From: Candidatus Poribacteria bacterium | Lineage (GTDB): Bacteria > Poribacteria > WGA-4E > WGA-3G | Length of the DNA: 64,000 nt | Direction of reading: 5' to 3' | Assembly: GCA_965205015.1 (NCBI GenBank) | Contig: OZ242029.1 | Location: forward strand, 4,974,939 to 5,038,938 | Shown: positions 47,224 through 56,541 of the stretch, piece after piece | Position numbering within the stretch: the stretch's first letter is position 1 | Layout of the letters: every line of letters starts with the position of its first letter | Made by a program: the position numbers and the translations under genes | Notes under the pieces: model-generated | What the model was told of the DNA's origin: nothing | What the model saw: the letters and a program-made list of their open reading frames with translations, nothing else | Databases searched by the model: none

Positions 47224-49298
47224 CGTTTCTTTCGAGTATAAATCACTTGGGTTAGACGCTCATTCGTGATCGTAACAGTGTATCGCCTTTCCGCAAATTC
47301 ATCTGCTGAAGTGAGACGTAGTTTCTGGAATTTCTTTTCGCCGTTCGCAATGAGGTTAATATCCACCGGTGCAATAACCCCTGCGTAGAAATAGCACGTA
47401 ATTTCGTAAGTCCCATTCGGGAGCGTGAGCCTGAAAACACCATCCTCTTCACCCCAGAGGCTATCTTGATACAGAAGAAGATTCGGTTCACCGACTGCTA
47501 AAACATCGCGTAGGTCCCGCGCAGCCTTCGGGGCTTCGGTGTGCCAATATTTGAGTTCAAAACCACCGCCGCCGGTTTTAAATTCATCCTGAACAGATTT
47601 CGATATCCAACCGTACCGCCCATCTGTGTAATCCGTGTCCGTGTATATAGGAATCCGCCCCAGGGCAGTCTCTCCATCGCGCGGTTGCATGTCGAAGGTC
47701 ATCTCAGTCGTATCCTCCCATAATTGCGAGTCCGGTGCGACGCGCTTGCGCCGATACAGCCGATTAAAGTTGGTTGCATGGATCACCTCATAATCTTGGG
47801 TAAGATCTTCAACGTTATCATACTCTGTGCGCCAGACGAGCACATAGTCCGGTGGCACTTTCTTGTTTTTGTAGCGGAGCGGGAAGTGATCTGTGTTCGG
47901 TTCATAGTTCTGAAGATAGGCAACATCGTTCTCCAACGCCAGATACCCCTCTATATGCTCAAACGGGAGAATGTATTTGAAATCCCATTTCGCCGAATCG
48001 GGCGTACCCCCCCACGAACTCGGACGACTCGCAAGGACCGTGTGCGGTTCTATCATCTCTGCCGATGAAAGTGCCTCTTGGGCATCTCTGTCCAGCAGAT
48101 AGTAAGTTTGAACGTGATAACCGAGATGCCATAACGCTAAAACAATCAGGATACCGCTGAAGGCATAGTCAACGAATCGATGAAGACTGAAACTGAAGAA
48201 TGGCAGTAGGGCGAGTAGAATGTAGATATGTATCCGATCACTGATCCACATACCCCCAGAACGCAAACTCCACGGGGATTTGAAATAGAGGAACGTTAAT
48301 ATCAGCGCAATCAGCAAAAAAACGTCTGTTCGAGCGAGAATTGCGGCAGCACCTCTGGAACTTCCGTTTTCCGATGTCGACGCGGCACGGTGGGCATAAA
48401 TTTTACCGATCCTGTCGATGACAGTCAGCAGAAAAGCGATTCCAAGCACAGCAAGGAGAAGGTTGCCTATCAGAACATGGTCATCCCGAAAGGAGACAAT
48501 GGAACCGATGGAGAGAAAGTACTTTATTAATCCTTCAAAACTTCTATGGAAACCCCCTCCCTCTCGTTTCACCAGATAGTAGGACAGTAGGATTACATAG
48601 GCGGGGAGCATGGAACCCAAAAAGAGTAAGATAGATTTTAATTGTGCGACTAACCGCACACGCGGAGATTCTAACACCTCATAAACATAACGGAAAACAC
48701 CGAGAACCGTTAGAGATACTGTCAGCAGCGCGTAGGATTGAAAGTGCGTGAGATAGACGACCGTGAGCCACACGTAAACCGTGACAAACGCCCTTGGACT
48801 GAGTTTATTCTCACATCGCCACCAACAACCGATCGCGAAAAAAAAGAGTGAGACACTTAAGGCGAAGTTATAGAATCCCATGTGCAGCAAATAGTTATAG
48901 GCAAAAATGAAACCGACGAGGCAGAAAAGTGTCTTGCTTTTTTGAATACCGTTGAGGAGATAGAGGAGAGAAAGGGGGAGAAGTCCTATGCAGAGACTAA
49001 AGAATATCTTTTCGCAGACAAGCGGGGGAAAGATATACATGAGCGCTGCCATGAAGGCATGGGACGTCCAATTCGGAAAAAGCGTCGGGTTGCGTTCGTG
49101 AACTTCCCGGAGTATATAGTTTTCGTGATTGTGATATACCTTTAAAATGTGTGCGTTGTGGACATGCGCGGGTCCGTCTTGGGTCCCGGTATACTTGAAC
49201 AGCCAAGTCGGCAAAACATGTATCACCAAAAGTACAATCACGATACTGTGCTGGATAGAGAATCGACGCACTTTCATAGTTGCCTCGCTCTTGAACAA
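47169..49298 (-). CDS. large polytopic membrane protein with C-terminal soluble domain, hypothetical
   Basis: ~12 TM helices followed by ~300-aa hydrophilic domain; probably co-transcribed with downstream LamG gene. Confidence 0.55.
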   Translation of the reverse strand: MFKSEATMKVRRFSIQHSIVIVLLVIHVLPTWLFKYTGTQDGPAHVHNAHILKVYHNHENYILREVHERNPTLFPNWTSHAFMAALMYIFPPLVCEKIFFSLCIGLLPLSLLYLLNGIQKSKTLFCLVGFIFAYNYLLHMGFYNFALSVSLFFFAIGCWWRCENKLSPRAFVTVYVWLTVVYLTHFQSYALLTVSLTVLGVFRYVYEVLESPRVRLVAQLKSILLFLGSMLPAYVILLSYYLVKREGGGFHRSFEGLIKYFLSIGSIVSFRDDHVLIGNLLLAVLGIAFLLTVIDRIGKIYAHRAASTSENGSSRGAAAILARTDVFLLIALILTFLYFKSPWSLRSGGMWISDRIHIYILLALLPFFSFSLHRFVDYAFSGILIVLALWHLGYHVQTYYLLDRDAQEALSSAEMIEPHTVLASRPSSWGGTPDSAKWDFKYILPFEHIEGYLALENDVAYLQNYEPNTDHFPLRYKNKKVPPDYVLVWRTEYDNVEDLTQDYEVIHATNFNRLYRRKRVAPDSQLWEDTTEMTFDMQPRDGETALGRIPIYTDTDYTDGRYGWISKSVQDEFKTGGGGFELKYWHTEAPKAARDLRDVLAVGEPNLLLYQDSLWGEEDGVFRLTLPNGTYEITCYFYAGVIAPVDINLIANGEKKFQKLRLTSADEFAERRYTVTITNERLTQVIYTRKKRWVWNGFTITRLSKGEEK

Positions 49299-49420
49299 CC
49301 GTCTTTCGCACGAATAGAATCGGATGTTGCTATTCTACAAGAACTTTGCCGCAAGGTCAACAAAAACTGTGGATAAGGCGAGGTTAGATGAAGATTAATT
49401 TTTTAATTCGGTAATATGCG

Positions 49421-49492
49421 GGCAGGCACAAGCCCTGGGGAAACACCCAAGCAAAAACCCCCTACAATGTCTTTTTTGGGATAGGATTACCG
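49421..49492. repeat. dispersed intergenic element GGCAGGCACAAGCCCTGGGG[aaacacccaagcaaaaa]CCCCCTACAATG...
   Basis: Member of the GGCAGGTACAAGACCT family; preceded by GGCGAGGTTAG half-hairpin and a TTTTTTAATT motif fragment. Confidence 0.55.
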
Positions 49493-49597
49493 AAATATTT
49501 ATTTAAATTTCATTCAACCGCGCCAACGGGGAATGTAAGCATCGGGAATCGGAGTTCCCTCCTACAGAAAAGCTAAATGCTCTATGTGGATAAAGCA

Positions 49598-50443
49598 CTA
49601 AAAAGGTGAGTCTTGGGCTTGTGTATTTTCTGCTTGCGCGTCACTCGAAGCTGCAGTCTCTTGATTCGCGGATTCCTCAGATTCAGGGACTTCGCTCTCC
49701 TGTGCAGCCGTTGTTAATTGCTTTACACGCTCGCAGAGTTCATCTAACAACTGTGGTGAGGTTTCCGCCGCTTTCAGTTCCGCAGAAAGCTGCGTCCACT
49801 GCATCTCGGTCATATCGTTCCGAGATTCCACACCATATTTACGTTTGATGTAATTCCAGAGATCCGCCTTATCGACACCTTTTCCTTCAAGAGGTCCCGC
49901 CAGATTGTTCGCGATAGCAAAAGCCGCTTTTTGGGCGTTAGCGATATTTCCAGCGCCCTGCTGTAACCGCGGTTGTTGCGCCGTATTACCACTCCCCGCT
50001 TTTCGGTTCAGGTAGAAATTCAGGACCTCGCGGATGACCGGCACGGGGATCAACTGTTTAATTGCGTTACGCTGCGCTTTATGAATCGCTTTGGTGAAGG
50101 CGAACGGATCGGCGCGTCCGCCAGCCATCTTCAGTTGCTCATAAGCACCGTAACGAGAGGAACCGGTGATTGTATCGACGGCTTTCGCAGTCGCAATCCA
50201 AGAATGCTCGCGCTCCTCATAATCAATTTCTTCGATCTGGATACCGCCCCGGCGATTTGCGGCTTCGTTAATACCGGCTAAAGTCAACCCTTCAACAGTA
50301 CGTCCGCCCTGTTTGAAGGAGTAGACATAATCCTGAATCGTCTGTCCAGTCATCAACTCAATGATGGCCTGGTCATCCACCTGATCGACAACTTCATATT
50401 CTGCGGTAACTGGTACCATTTCGTTCTTTTTTTCTTCAGCCAT
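49598..50443 (-). CDS. putative Rad52/Sak/DdrA-like single-strand annealing protein with acidic C-terminal tail
   Basis: [27 protein letters not shown] ~ RAD52 [39 protein letters not shown] ~ [26 protein letters not shown] ~ KEAVTDGLKRALRSF; Q/E-rich tail ending DSPF. Confidence 0.4.
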   Translation of the reverse strand: [281 protein letters not shown]

Positions 50444-50515
50444 GATATCCTCCGATTTCTAAATATATAATTAGTATAACATATCTTTAGATATATATCA
50501 AAAAAAAATGCTATT

Positions 50516-51328
50516 TCATTCATCGTCGGCAATGCCCGTCGTAATTTCGATCTGTACTCCATCTGTTACAATGCTTTCAACGTAGAGCGTGAATGTATAC
50601 ATCTGATGGTTCTCGTATTTTTGAAGTTTGGAAGGAAAGAGACCTTCCCCTGCAACATCATCTATAATCCAAAATGTCACATTTCTATTGTTTGTGTCAA
50701 GTGTCATCGCGCCTGAATAATTTTTTACCCATTCCGGGTCTACATCATCTCCAATGCCCAGCAGTTCATTTAGTCTTTTAAGTGAAACCGTCTCATTTTG
50801 AAGACGCACTGTTTTTCCGACATACCTCTGACCCCCAGCGACAATCTGCTCAAGCGTCGTGTCGAGCACCTCAATATCCGCTTTCGCGGTGTGTTCAGGG
50901 ACATCAGCCCAGATAGTGAAGAAACGCTCGCCATCTGCGGCTGTGTCTCCGGAAATGTCTTTTATTAGAAGTGTAAAAGTGTAAGTGGTATGCCCCCGAA
51001 TATGTCGTAGACCACTCTCCATGTAATTTAAATAATAGTGGCGCACAAACTGCGGGTCAGAGTCGGTGATGAAAAAACGGACTGTCTTGTGATGCGTAAA
51101 CAATTCTAACCTTGGTGGGTCCCCATCAGCACTCGGATAAATTCTGCCAGCAGCGGTAATCGTAACCTTCCGTCCCTTGTACTTTGAGTTGATGCCATTT
51201 ACTTCAACATCGTTGATAATATCGGTGAGGGTGCCAAGTTTGACGCTGGGGGATATCCGATGAAATTTTGCACATCCTCCAAAGATAGTAATGGCAAAAC
51301 ATGCACATAAAGATGTAAAAAGTTTCAT
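50516..51328 (-). CDS. hypothetical lipoprotein
   Basis: FAITIFGGC lipobox-type signal peptide; no recognisable domain. Confidence 0.5.
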   Translation of the reverse strand: MKLFTSLCACFAITIFGGCAKFHRISPSVKLGTLTDIINDVEVNGINSKYKGRKVTITAAGRIYPSADGDPPRLELFTHHKTVRFFITDSDPQFVRHYYLNYMESGLRHIRGHTTYTFTLLIKDISGDTAADGERFFTIWADVPEHTAKADIEVLDTTLEQIVAGGQRYVGKTVRLQNETVSLKRLNELLGIGDDVDPEWVKNYSGAMTLDTNNRNVTFWIIDDVAGEGLFPSKLQKYENHQMYTFTLYVESIVTDGVQIEITTGIADDE

Positions 51329-51340
51329 GTTTTTTTAATT

Positions 51341-51449
51341 GGGACTTACGCAATTTTCCATGAAATGCTCCATATTGCGCCAGTGGCGAGGTTAGGAGGG
51401 AAACACCCAAGCAAAAACACCTCGCCAGCGGGACGGGCTGCGTAAGTCC
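51341..51449. mobile_element. MITE-like ~109-bp insertion with 11-bp terminal inverted repeats GGACTTACGCA
   Basis: GGGACTTACGCA...TGCGTAAGTCC flanked by TTAATT on both sides; splits a copy of the TTTTTAATTATACCTTGCGG motif; carries an internal GGCGAGG...CCTCGCC hairpin with ACACCCAAGCAAAAACACC insert. Confidence 0.45.
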
Positions 51450-51680
51450 TGTTAATTATACCTTGCGGGAGAATAACGTGAGTTTGAATGTTTGACGCAC
51501 CTTCTTTATATCCGCCTGCGTGTTTTTGCAAACGCTAAAATCCAATGCGAAGAAAGTATTTCTGCGTATTGTTGCAGGCTACGTGTCTGGTAGAAAGTTG
51601 TAAAGTGTTCCAAAATCTGTGAAGTTGGGCAAGAAAGTCAGTAAAGTATTTTGGTTTAAGAATTATAACGACTTCCATTT

Positions 51681-53045
51681 GTCACTTACCCCCATTTTTT
51701 TTCGAGAGTAGATTGTAGTTGATGTAGTCAGGTTTTTCTGTGAGAAAGTCAGTCAGTGAGTGGGTCCGAAAAGTGGATCCCCTCTGGCACCTATCTCGGT
51801 GAAAAAGGAGATAAGAAAGTGTTGGTTCCATAAGTCGGTGAGCACGCGTTTGATAATAGTAATAACAGAAAAAGTTTTTCTGTTATTACTATTATATGCC
51901 CTCTGCCAATGCGTAGAGGCGACCTTCTCGTAACTGATAAACAGCAATCCATAAGCGAGGCAGGCACATAACCAAAGGACCTCCAGACGCGCTTGTGTCG
52001 GTTTTTTCAAGACGAGTTTACCAAATCCGAAGCACGACTTTATATCTCGAAACCCGTGTTCAATCTGCATGCGGCGTTTGTAGCAGTGATGTATCTGATG
52101 TCCACTGAGGCGATTGGAGATAAGATACATCGGGTCTTTGAAGGTCTCATCTCTGAGGATATAGAGTTGAAGCGGTATCTGCTCCTGCGCCTGATAAAGG
52201 ATATGCCGATACCAGCCCGCTTCGAGGTCATCAAGTTTCTTCAGACTCCCATCATGCCGGATACCGACATTTCTCGCAACACGCATCACGAACGGGATAT
52301 CCCGTGCCTTGAGAAACTTGATGACGTATCGCGCACGCCCAAAACCACGGTCAAACACCAGAACAGGTCGTTGTTGATGCCGCGACACCACCCCTAAAGC
52401 CTCTTGATAAACATGGACACAGAAGTATTGGATAATCTCATTATGACTCTTATAGATACCCTCGTGAAGCTGGTGATCGCTATAGATGAACCAAAAGACA
52501 GGGATCGCACGATGCCGAAACGGGATCGAAACAACAAGGGCTTTCCACCCGGCAATCAGAGACGTCTCATCAACGAGCAAATACAGATGAGCACCCGCAT
52601 CCTTGAAAAACCAACCCACAACCGACACGAACCACGCTTCTTTGAGCGCATCAATCGGCAGTGGGGTGTCAAGGAAACGCAGAAACCTTTTCTGTTTCGA
52701 CTTCTCCCGCTTGACGACGAGCGACAAACGCGACGCAACTTCATTGATCCGAAACGTCGGGGCAACACTGATCGCTATCAAGACCAATACCAGATTCCGA
52801 AAAACCGGTTTTTTCATACCAACAGACTTGAAGATTTCTCCAAAACGTGTTATCATCGTTTCTGGATTTACCCGTTTTGGGTATCTCTTTTTCATAAAAT
52901 ACCTCCTTACATGTTTTGTAAAATGCGTTTACAAACAGTTGCTGTAAGGAGGTATTTTATCATAAACCCACTGAGTTTCTCACACTTTTTACAACTAAAA
53001 CCTTTCACCACAAACCTTCAGAAAAAAATGGGGGTAAGTGACCTT
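51681..53045 (-). mobile_element. IS4-family insertion sequence (1365 bp)
   Basis: Terminal inverted repeats GTCACTTACCCCCATTTTTTT (51681-51701, 53025-53045) and perfect 9-bp direct repeat CTTCCATTT on both flanks. Confidence 0.8.
51753..52895 (-). CDS. IS4-family DDE transposase
   Basis: LVFDRGF (D), YKRRMQIEHGFRDIKSCFG (YREK signature with catalytic E). Confidence 0.85.
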   Translation of the reverse strand: MKKRYPKRVNPETMITRFGEIFKSVGMKKPVFRNLVLVLIAISVAPTFRINEVASRLSLVVKREKSKQKRFLRFLDTPLPIDALKEAWFVSVVGWFFKDAGAHLYLLVDETSLIAGWKALVVSIPFRHRAIPVFWFIYSDHQLHEGIYKSHNEIIQYFCVHVYQEALGVVSRHQQRPVLVFDRGFGRARYVIKFLKARDIPFVMRVARNVGIRHDGSLKKLDDLEAGWYRHILYQAQEQIPLQLYILRDETFKDPMYLISNRLSGHQIHHCYKRRMQIEHGFRDIKSCFGFGKLVLKKPTQARLEVLWLCACLAYGLLFISYEKVASTHWQRAYNSNNRKTFSVITIIKRVLTDLWNQHFLISFFTEIGARGDPLFGPTH

Positions 53046-53110
53046 CCATTTAACATGTCAAATTATATGGGAAACCCATCCAATTCGCTGAAAAACGCCA
53101 CTCGATAAAC

Positions 53111-53139
53111 TTGACCACCAATCCGAATTCTGCTATAAT
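53111..53139 (+). promoter_or_regulatory. sigma70-like promoter for ABC ATPase gene
   Basis: TTGACC, 17 nt, TGc-TATAAT. Confidence 0.5.
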
Positions 53140-53172
53140 AATCGTAAACCGAGCATCGGAGATTGACGAACA

Positions 53173-54795
53173 GTGACAACCCCTCTTCTCCACATGCAAG
53201 CCATTACCAAAGATTTTCCCGGCGTGCGCGCCTTAGATGACGTCTCTTTTGAAGTACATCCGGGTGAAATCCATGCCCTGTGTGGAGAAAACGGGGCGGG
53301 CAAATCAACGTTGATTAAGATACTCGGCGGTGTCTATCCGTACGGAACTTACGAAGGACACCTGAACATCAATGGAAACGCGCAGCAATTCTATAGCGTG
53401 CGGGATGCAGAACGTGCTGGAATCGCCGTCATCCATCAGGAACTGGCACTTATTCCAGAAATGACGGTCGCTGAGAACATCTACCTCGGCAAAGAACCGT
53501 GCCACTTCGGCACTATTAACAGGCATCGTCTCTACCACGAAGCAGGCGAACTCCTTTCGCAGTTTGGATTGACGATTCCACTGCATAAATCCGTCCATGA
53601 ACTCGGGATCGGACAACAACAACTCGTAGAAATCGCGAAGGCTTTAGGACGTAGCTTGCAAGCCAACAGCGAAGCGTCAAGGAGTGCCTTGTTACTCGTG
53701 CTGGACGAACCGACAGCCGCTCTGACCGAAAGCGAAGTAGACATCCTTCGGCAGATTCTGACCCAACTCCGGGAAAAGGGGGTCGCCTGTATCTACATCA
53801 CCCATAAACTCAAGGAGATTTTTCAGATTGCTGACCGAGTAACGGTACTACGAGACGGTAAAGCAGTTGCAACGCACTCCATTAAATCATCTGAATGTAC
53901 CGAAGAAGTACTCATTTCACAGATGGTCGGACGCGAACTAACCGCCCTGTTTCCAAAACGGCGAACGCCCTCTACTGATGAAAATGGGGCACGTCAAGAA
54001 GATGTAGCACTCCGAGTAGAAAACTTAAACACCTATCCATTGGAACCTCCTCAGCTGAAAGATATCAGTTTCGAGGTACGACGCGGGGAAATCCTCGGAA
54101 TCGCAGGTTTGATGGGCGCGGGAAGGACAGAATTGATCAGTACCATTTTCGGTGCGTATGAGGGTAGGCAGAGTGGCGAAATCGTTATAGACGGTACCAC
54201 CGTTCAGATTCACGCGCCACTCGAGGCAATACAGCACGGAATGGCACTCGTTAGCGAAGATCGGAAACGCTACGGTCTTCTTTTAGACGTGGATGTCGTT
54301 CGCAACATGACGCTTGCGAGTCTCAATGTGTCGTCAGGCATCACATCACACGGAATCATTAACGAAAACACGGCACTCGAAAAAAGCGAGCATTACGTGG
54401 ATTCCCTCCAGATTAAGACGACTTCACTTGAAGCTCCTGTGAACCACCTCAGCGGCGGCAACCAACAGAAAGTCGTTCTCGCGAAATGGTTGATGACACA
54501 TCCGAAGGTGTTATTTCTTGATGAACCGACACGCGGGATTGATGTCGGTGCGAAGGCAGAAATTCACACGCTGATGGCAGAACTTGCGCAAGCGGGTGTC
54601 GCAATTGTGTTTGTCTCCTCTGAACTCCCAGAAATCCTTGGCATGAGCGATCGGGTCATAGTGCTACATGAAGGCAAAATCACGGGTGAATTTATCAACG
54701 ATAACCTGACACAAGCGGACATTTTGCGATGTGCCGCTGGTAATTATGAGCTCCAAGCAAAAACACCCGCCTCACCGAACCGCAAGGTAAATTAA
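53173..54795 (+). CDS. sugar ABC transporter ATP-binding protein (duplicated ATPase, RbsA/XylG/MglA type)
   Basis: Two NBDs: GENGAGKST / LSGGNQQKV and a second Walker A/signature set; no permease or SBP gene adjacent. Confidence 0.85.
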   Translation: MTTPLLHMQAITKDFPGVRALDDVSFEVHPGEIHALCGENGAGKSTLIKILGGVYPYGTYEGHLNINGNAQQFYSVRDAERAGIAVIHQELALIPEMTVAENIYLGKEPCHFGTINRHRLYHEAGELLSQFGLTIPLHKSVHELGIGQQQLVEIAKALGRSLQANSEASRSALLLVLDEPTAALTESEVDILRQILTQLREKGVACIYITHKLKEIFQIADRVTVLRDGKAVATHSIKSSECTEEVLISQMVGRELTALFPKRRTPSTDENGARQEDVALRVENLNTYPLEPPQLKDISFEVRRGEILGIAGLMGAGRTELISTIFGAYEGRQSGEIVIDGTTVQIHAPLEAIQHGMALVSEDRKRYGLLLDVDVVRNMTLASLNVSSGITSHGIINENTALEKSEHYVDSLQIKTTSLEAPVNHLSGGNQQKVVLAKWLMTHPKVLFLDEPTRGIDVGAKAEIHTLMAELAQAGVAIVFVSSELPEILGMSDRVIVLHEGKITGEFINDNLTQADILRCAAGNYELQAKTPASPNRKVN

Positions 54796-54799
54796 AAAA

Positions 54800-55300
54800 G
54801 TGGAAAACAGAAACGAAACGTTTAAAACAGAAAGCCCAGAGGAAACCCAGGCATTCGGAGAAAAATTGGGCAAAACGCTCAAGCAGGGAGATGTCATTGC
54901 CCTCGTCGGCGACCTCGGCACGGGTAAAACCTGTTTGACACAAGGCATTGCGCGCGGTGTCGGTATCGCGTCGGATGCAGTCGTCAACAGTCCTTCCTAT
55001 ATCCTGATTAACGAGTACAATGGGGCAATACCGATCTACCATATCGATCTGTACCGCCTCGAAAATAGTGAGGAGATCGCCGAACTCGGACTCAGTGAAT
55101 ATATGGAAGGCGATGGAATTTGCATTATTGAGTGGGCAGAACGGATGACAGACGCATTGCCCGATACCTGTATCAAGATACACATAACATTAGCAGCAAG
55201 CACCTCACACAGCAATGACGAAACTCACATGTCAATGTTCCAAAGTCCTGAAGATGAAAACATCCGACACATCGAAATTCAATATCCTATATCTCGATAG
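54800..55300 (+). CDS. tsaE: tRNA t6A37 biosynthesis ATPase TsaE
   Basis: LVGDLGTGKTCLTQGIARG P-loop typical of YjeE/TsaE. Confidence 0.85.
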   Translation: MENRNETFKTESPEETQAFGEKLGKTLKQGDVIALVGDLGTGKTCLTQGIARGVGIASDAVVNSPSYILINEYNGAIPIYHIDLYRLENSEEIAELGLSEYMEGDGICIIEWAERMTDALPDTCIKIHITLAASTSHSNDETHMSMFQSPEDENIRHIEIQYPISR

Positions 55301-56429
55301 CGGTTCGGGCATCGGCGGTGGGCAACGGAGTCTCCTACTCCTGCTACACCTATTAGACAAGGATCGTTTTACACCTTTCGTGGGATGCCTCGGTGATAGT
55401 CCTTTCGCCGCGGCGGTAGGAAAGACAGAGGCAAACGTCGTCCCCTTGGCTCTACCCGCCGCGCACAACAAAACCGATAAGGTCCGACGATTTACGTTCC
55501 GCGATCTGCTTGAAGATTTCCGGCAGCTTGGGGTTATCCTCCAACTTCATCGGATGGTAAAACGGTATGCGATCGACCTCATTCATGCGAACTCGCTTTC
55601 GGTGGCACTGCTCGGCGGTATCGTTGCCAGGCTAAACCGTATCCCCATCCTGATGCACAAACGCTACGCGACTTCCTACGGCATTCTGGATCGGATTTGC
55701 GAAAGATTTTTGCACCGCGTGATTCTCGTTTCGGAGGCAACCCGCTGGAATTTTGCGCCTACAGCAAAACAGACGTTAATCTATAATGGCGTCGATTTAG
55801 ACGCTTTTCAAGCGTCCGCAGAAGAGGTGGAAACCCTCCGATCAGAACTCCTTCCCGATGCATCTGATGCCTCAATCGTCACGGGAGTCGTGACTCGGAT
55901 TACACCAGAGAAAGGTATCCATTTTTTAGTGAGAGCAATAGCAGACCTCAAAGGAAAAATAGACAGCAAACTGCTGATCGTTGGCGGTCCTTACTTCCAA
56001 AAAGATATTGACTATATGGAGGAACTTAAACAAGAGGTTACAGATTTAGGCGTTGAAGACTCTGTCATCTTCACTGGATTTGTGTCGGATACACGGGTGG
56101 TTACAAGCCTCCTTGATATCGTATTGGTGCCCTCTATTATTCCAGAGGCATGCCCGCGCACCATTATTGAAGCAATGGCGGTCGGCAAACCGGTCATTGC
56201 CACACCACTCGGTGGAAGCAAGGAACTCGTCACCCCCGAAACAGGGGTCTTAGTGCCACCTGAAGACGCCTCGGCGATTGCGGATGCTATCGCAACACTC
56301 GCAACCCATCGAGAACGATTGAAAGCAATGGGTGAAGCCTCCCGCAACCGTGCTGAGCAGTTATTCAGCAGCGAAAAGAACACAGCATTGACGGAGGCTG
56401 TCTACACTGAATTGTTAGCCGTACGATAA
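55215..56429 (+). CDS. glycosyltransferase family 4
   Basis: EACPRTIIEAMAVGKPVIATPLGGSKELV (EX7E region); probable true start MKTSD at 55254; overlaps tsaE 3' end. Confidence 0.8.
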   Translation: MTKLTCQCSKVLKMKTSDTSKFNILYLDSGSGIGGGQRSLLLLLHLLDKDRFTPFVGCLGDSPFAAAVGKTEANVVPLALPAAHNKTDKVRRFTFRDLLEDFRQLGVILQLHRMVKRYAIDLIHANSLSVALLGGIVARLNRIPILMHKRYATSYGILDRICERFLHRVILVSEATRWNFAPTAKQTLIYNGVDLDAFQASAEEVETLRSELLPDASDASIVTGVVTRITPEKGIHFLVRAIADLKGKIDSKLLIVGGPYFQKDIDYMEELKQEVTDLGVEDSVIFTGFVSDTRVVTSLLDIVLVPSIIPEACPRTIIEAMAVGKPVIATPLGGSKELVTPETGVLVPPEDASAIADAIATLATHRERLKAMGEASRNRAEQLFSSEKNTALTEAVYTELLAVR

Positions 56430-56541
56430 GAGGTCTTCGCATTCCCAGTAGGAGCAATCTCCGAATAGCGACATCTCCTGTATAACACACAGATCAACAG
56501 AATTGCATGTTTCTACTATACCGACATAGGAGTTATCCATC

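Noticed and set aside
52404-53108. 234-aa plus-strand ORF (and other ORFs 52556..52768, 52603..52947, 51993..52397) inside the IS element
   Set aside because: Antisense to or overlapping the DDE transposase and the IS terminal repeat; low-complexity, no motifs; spurious.
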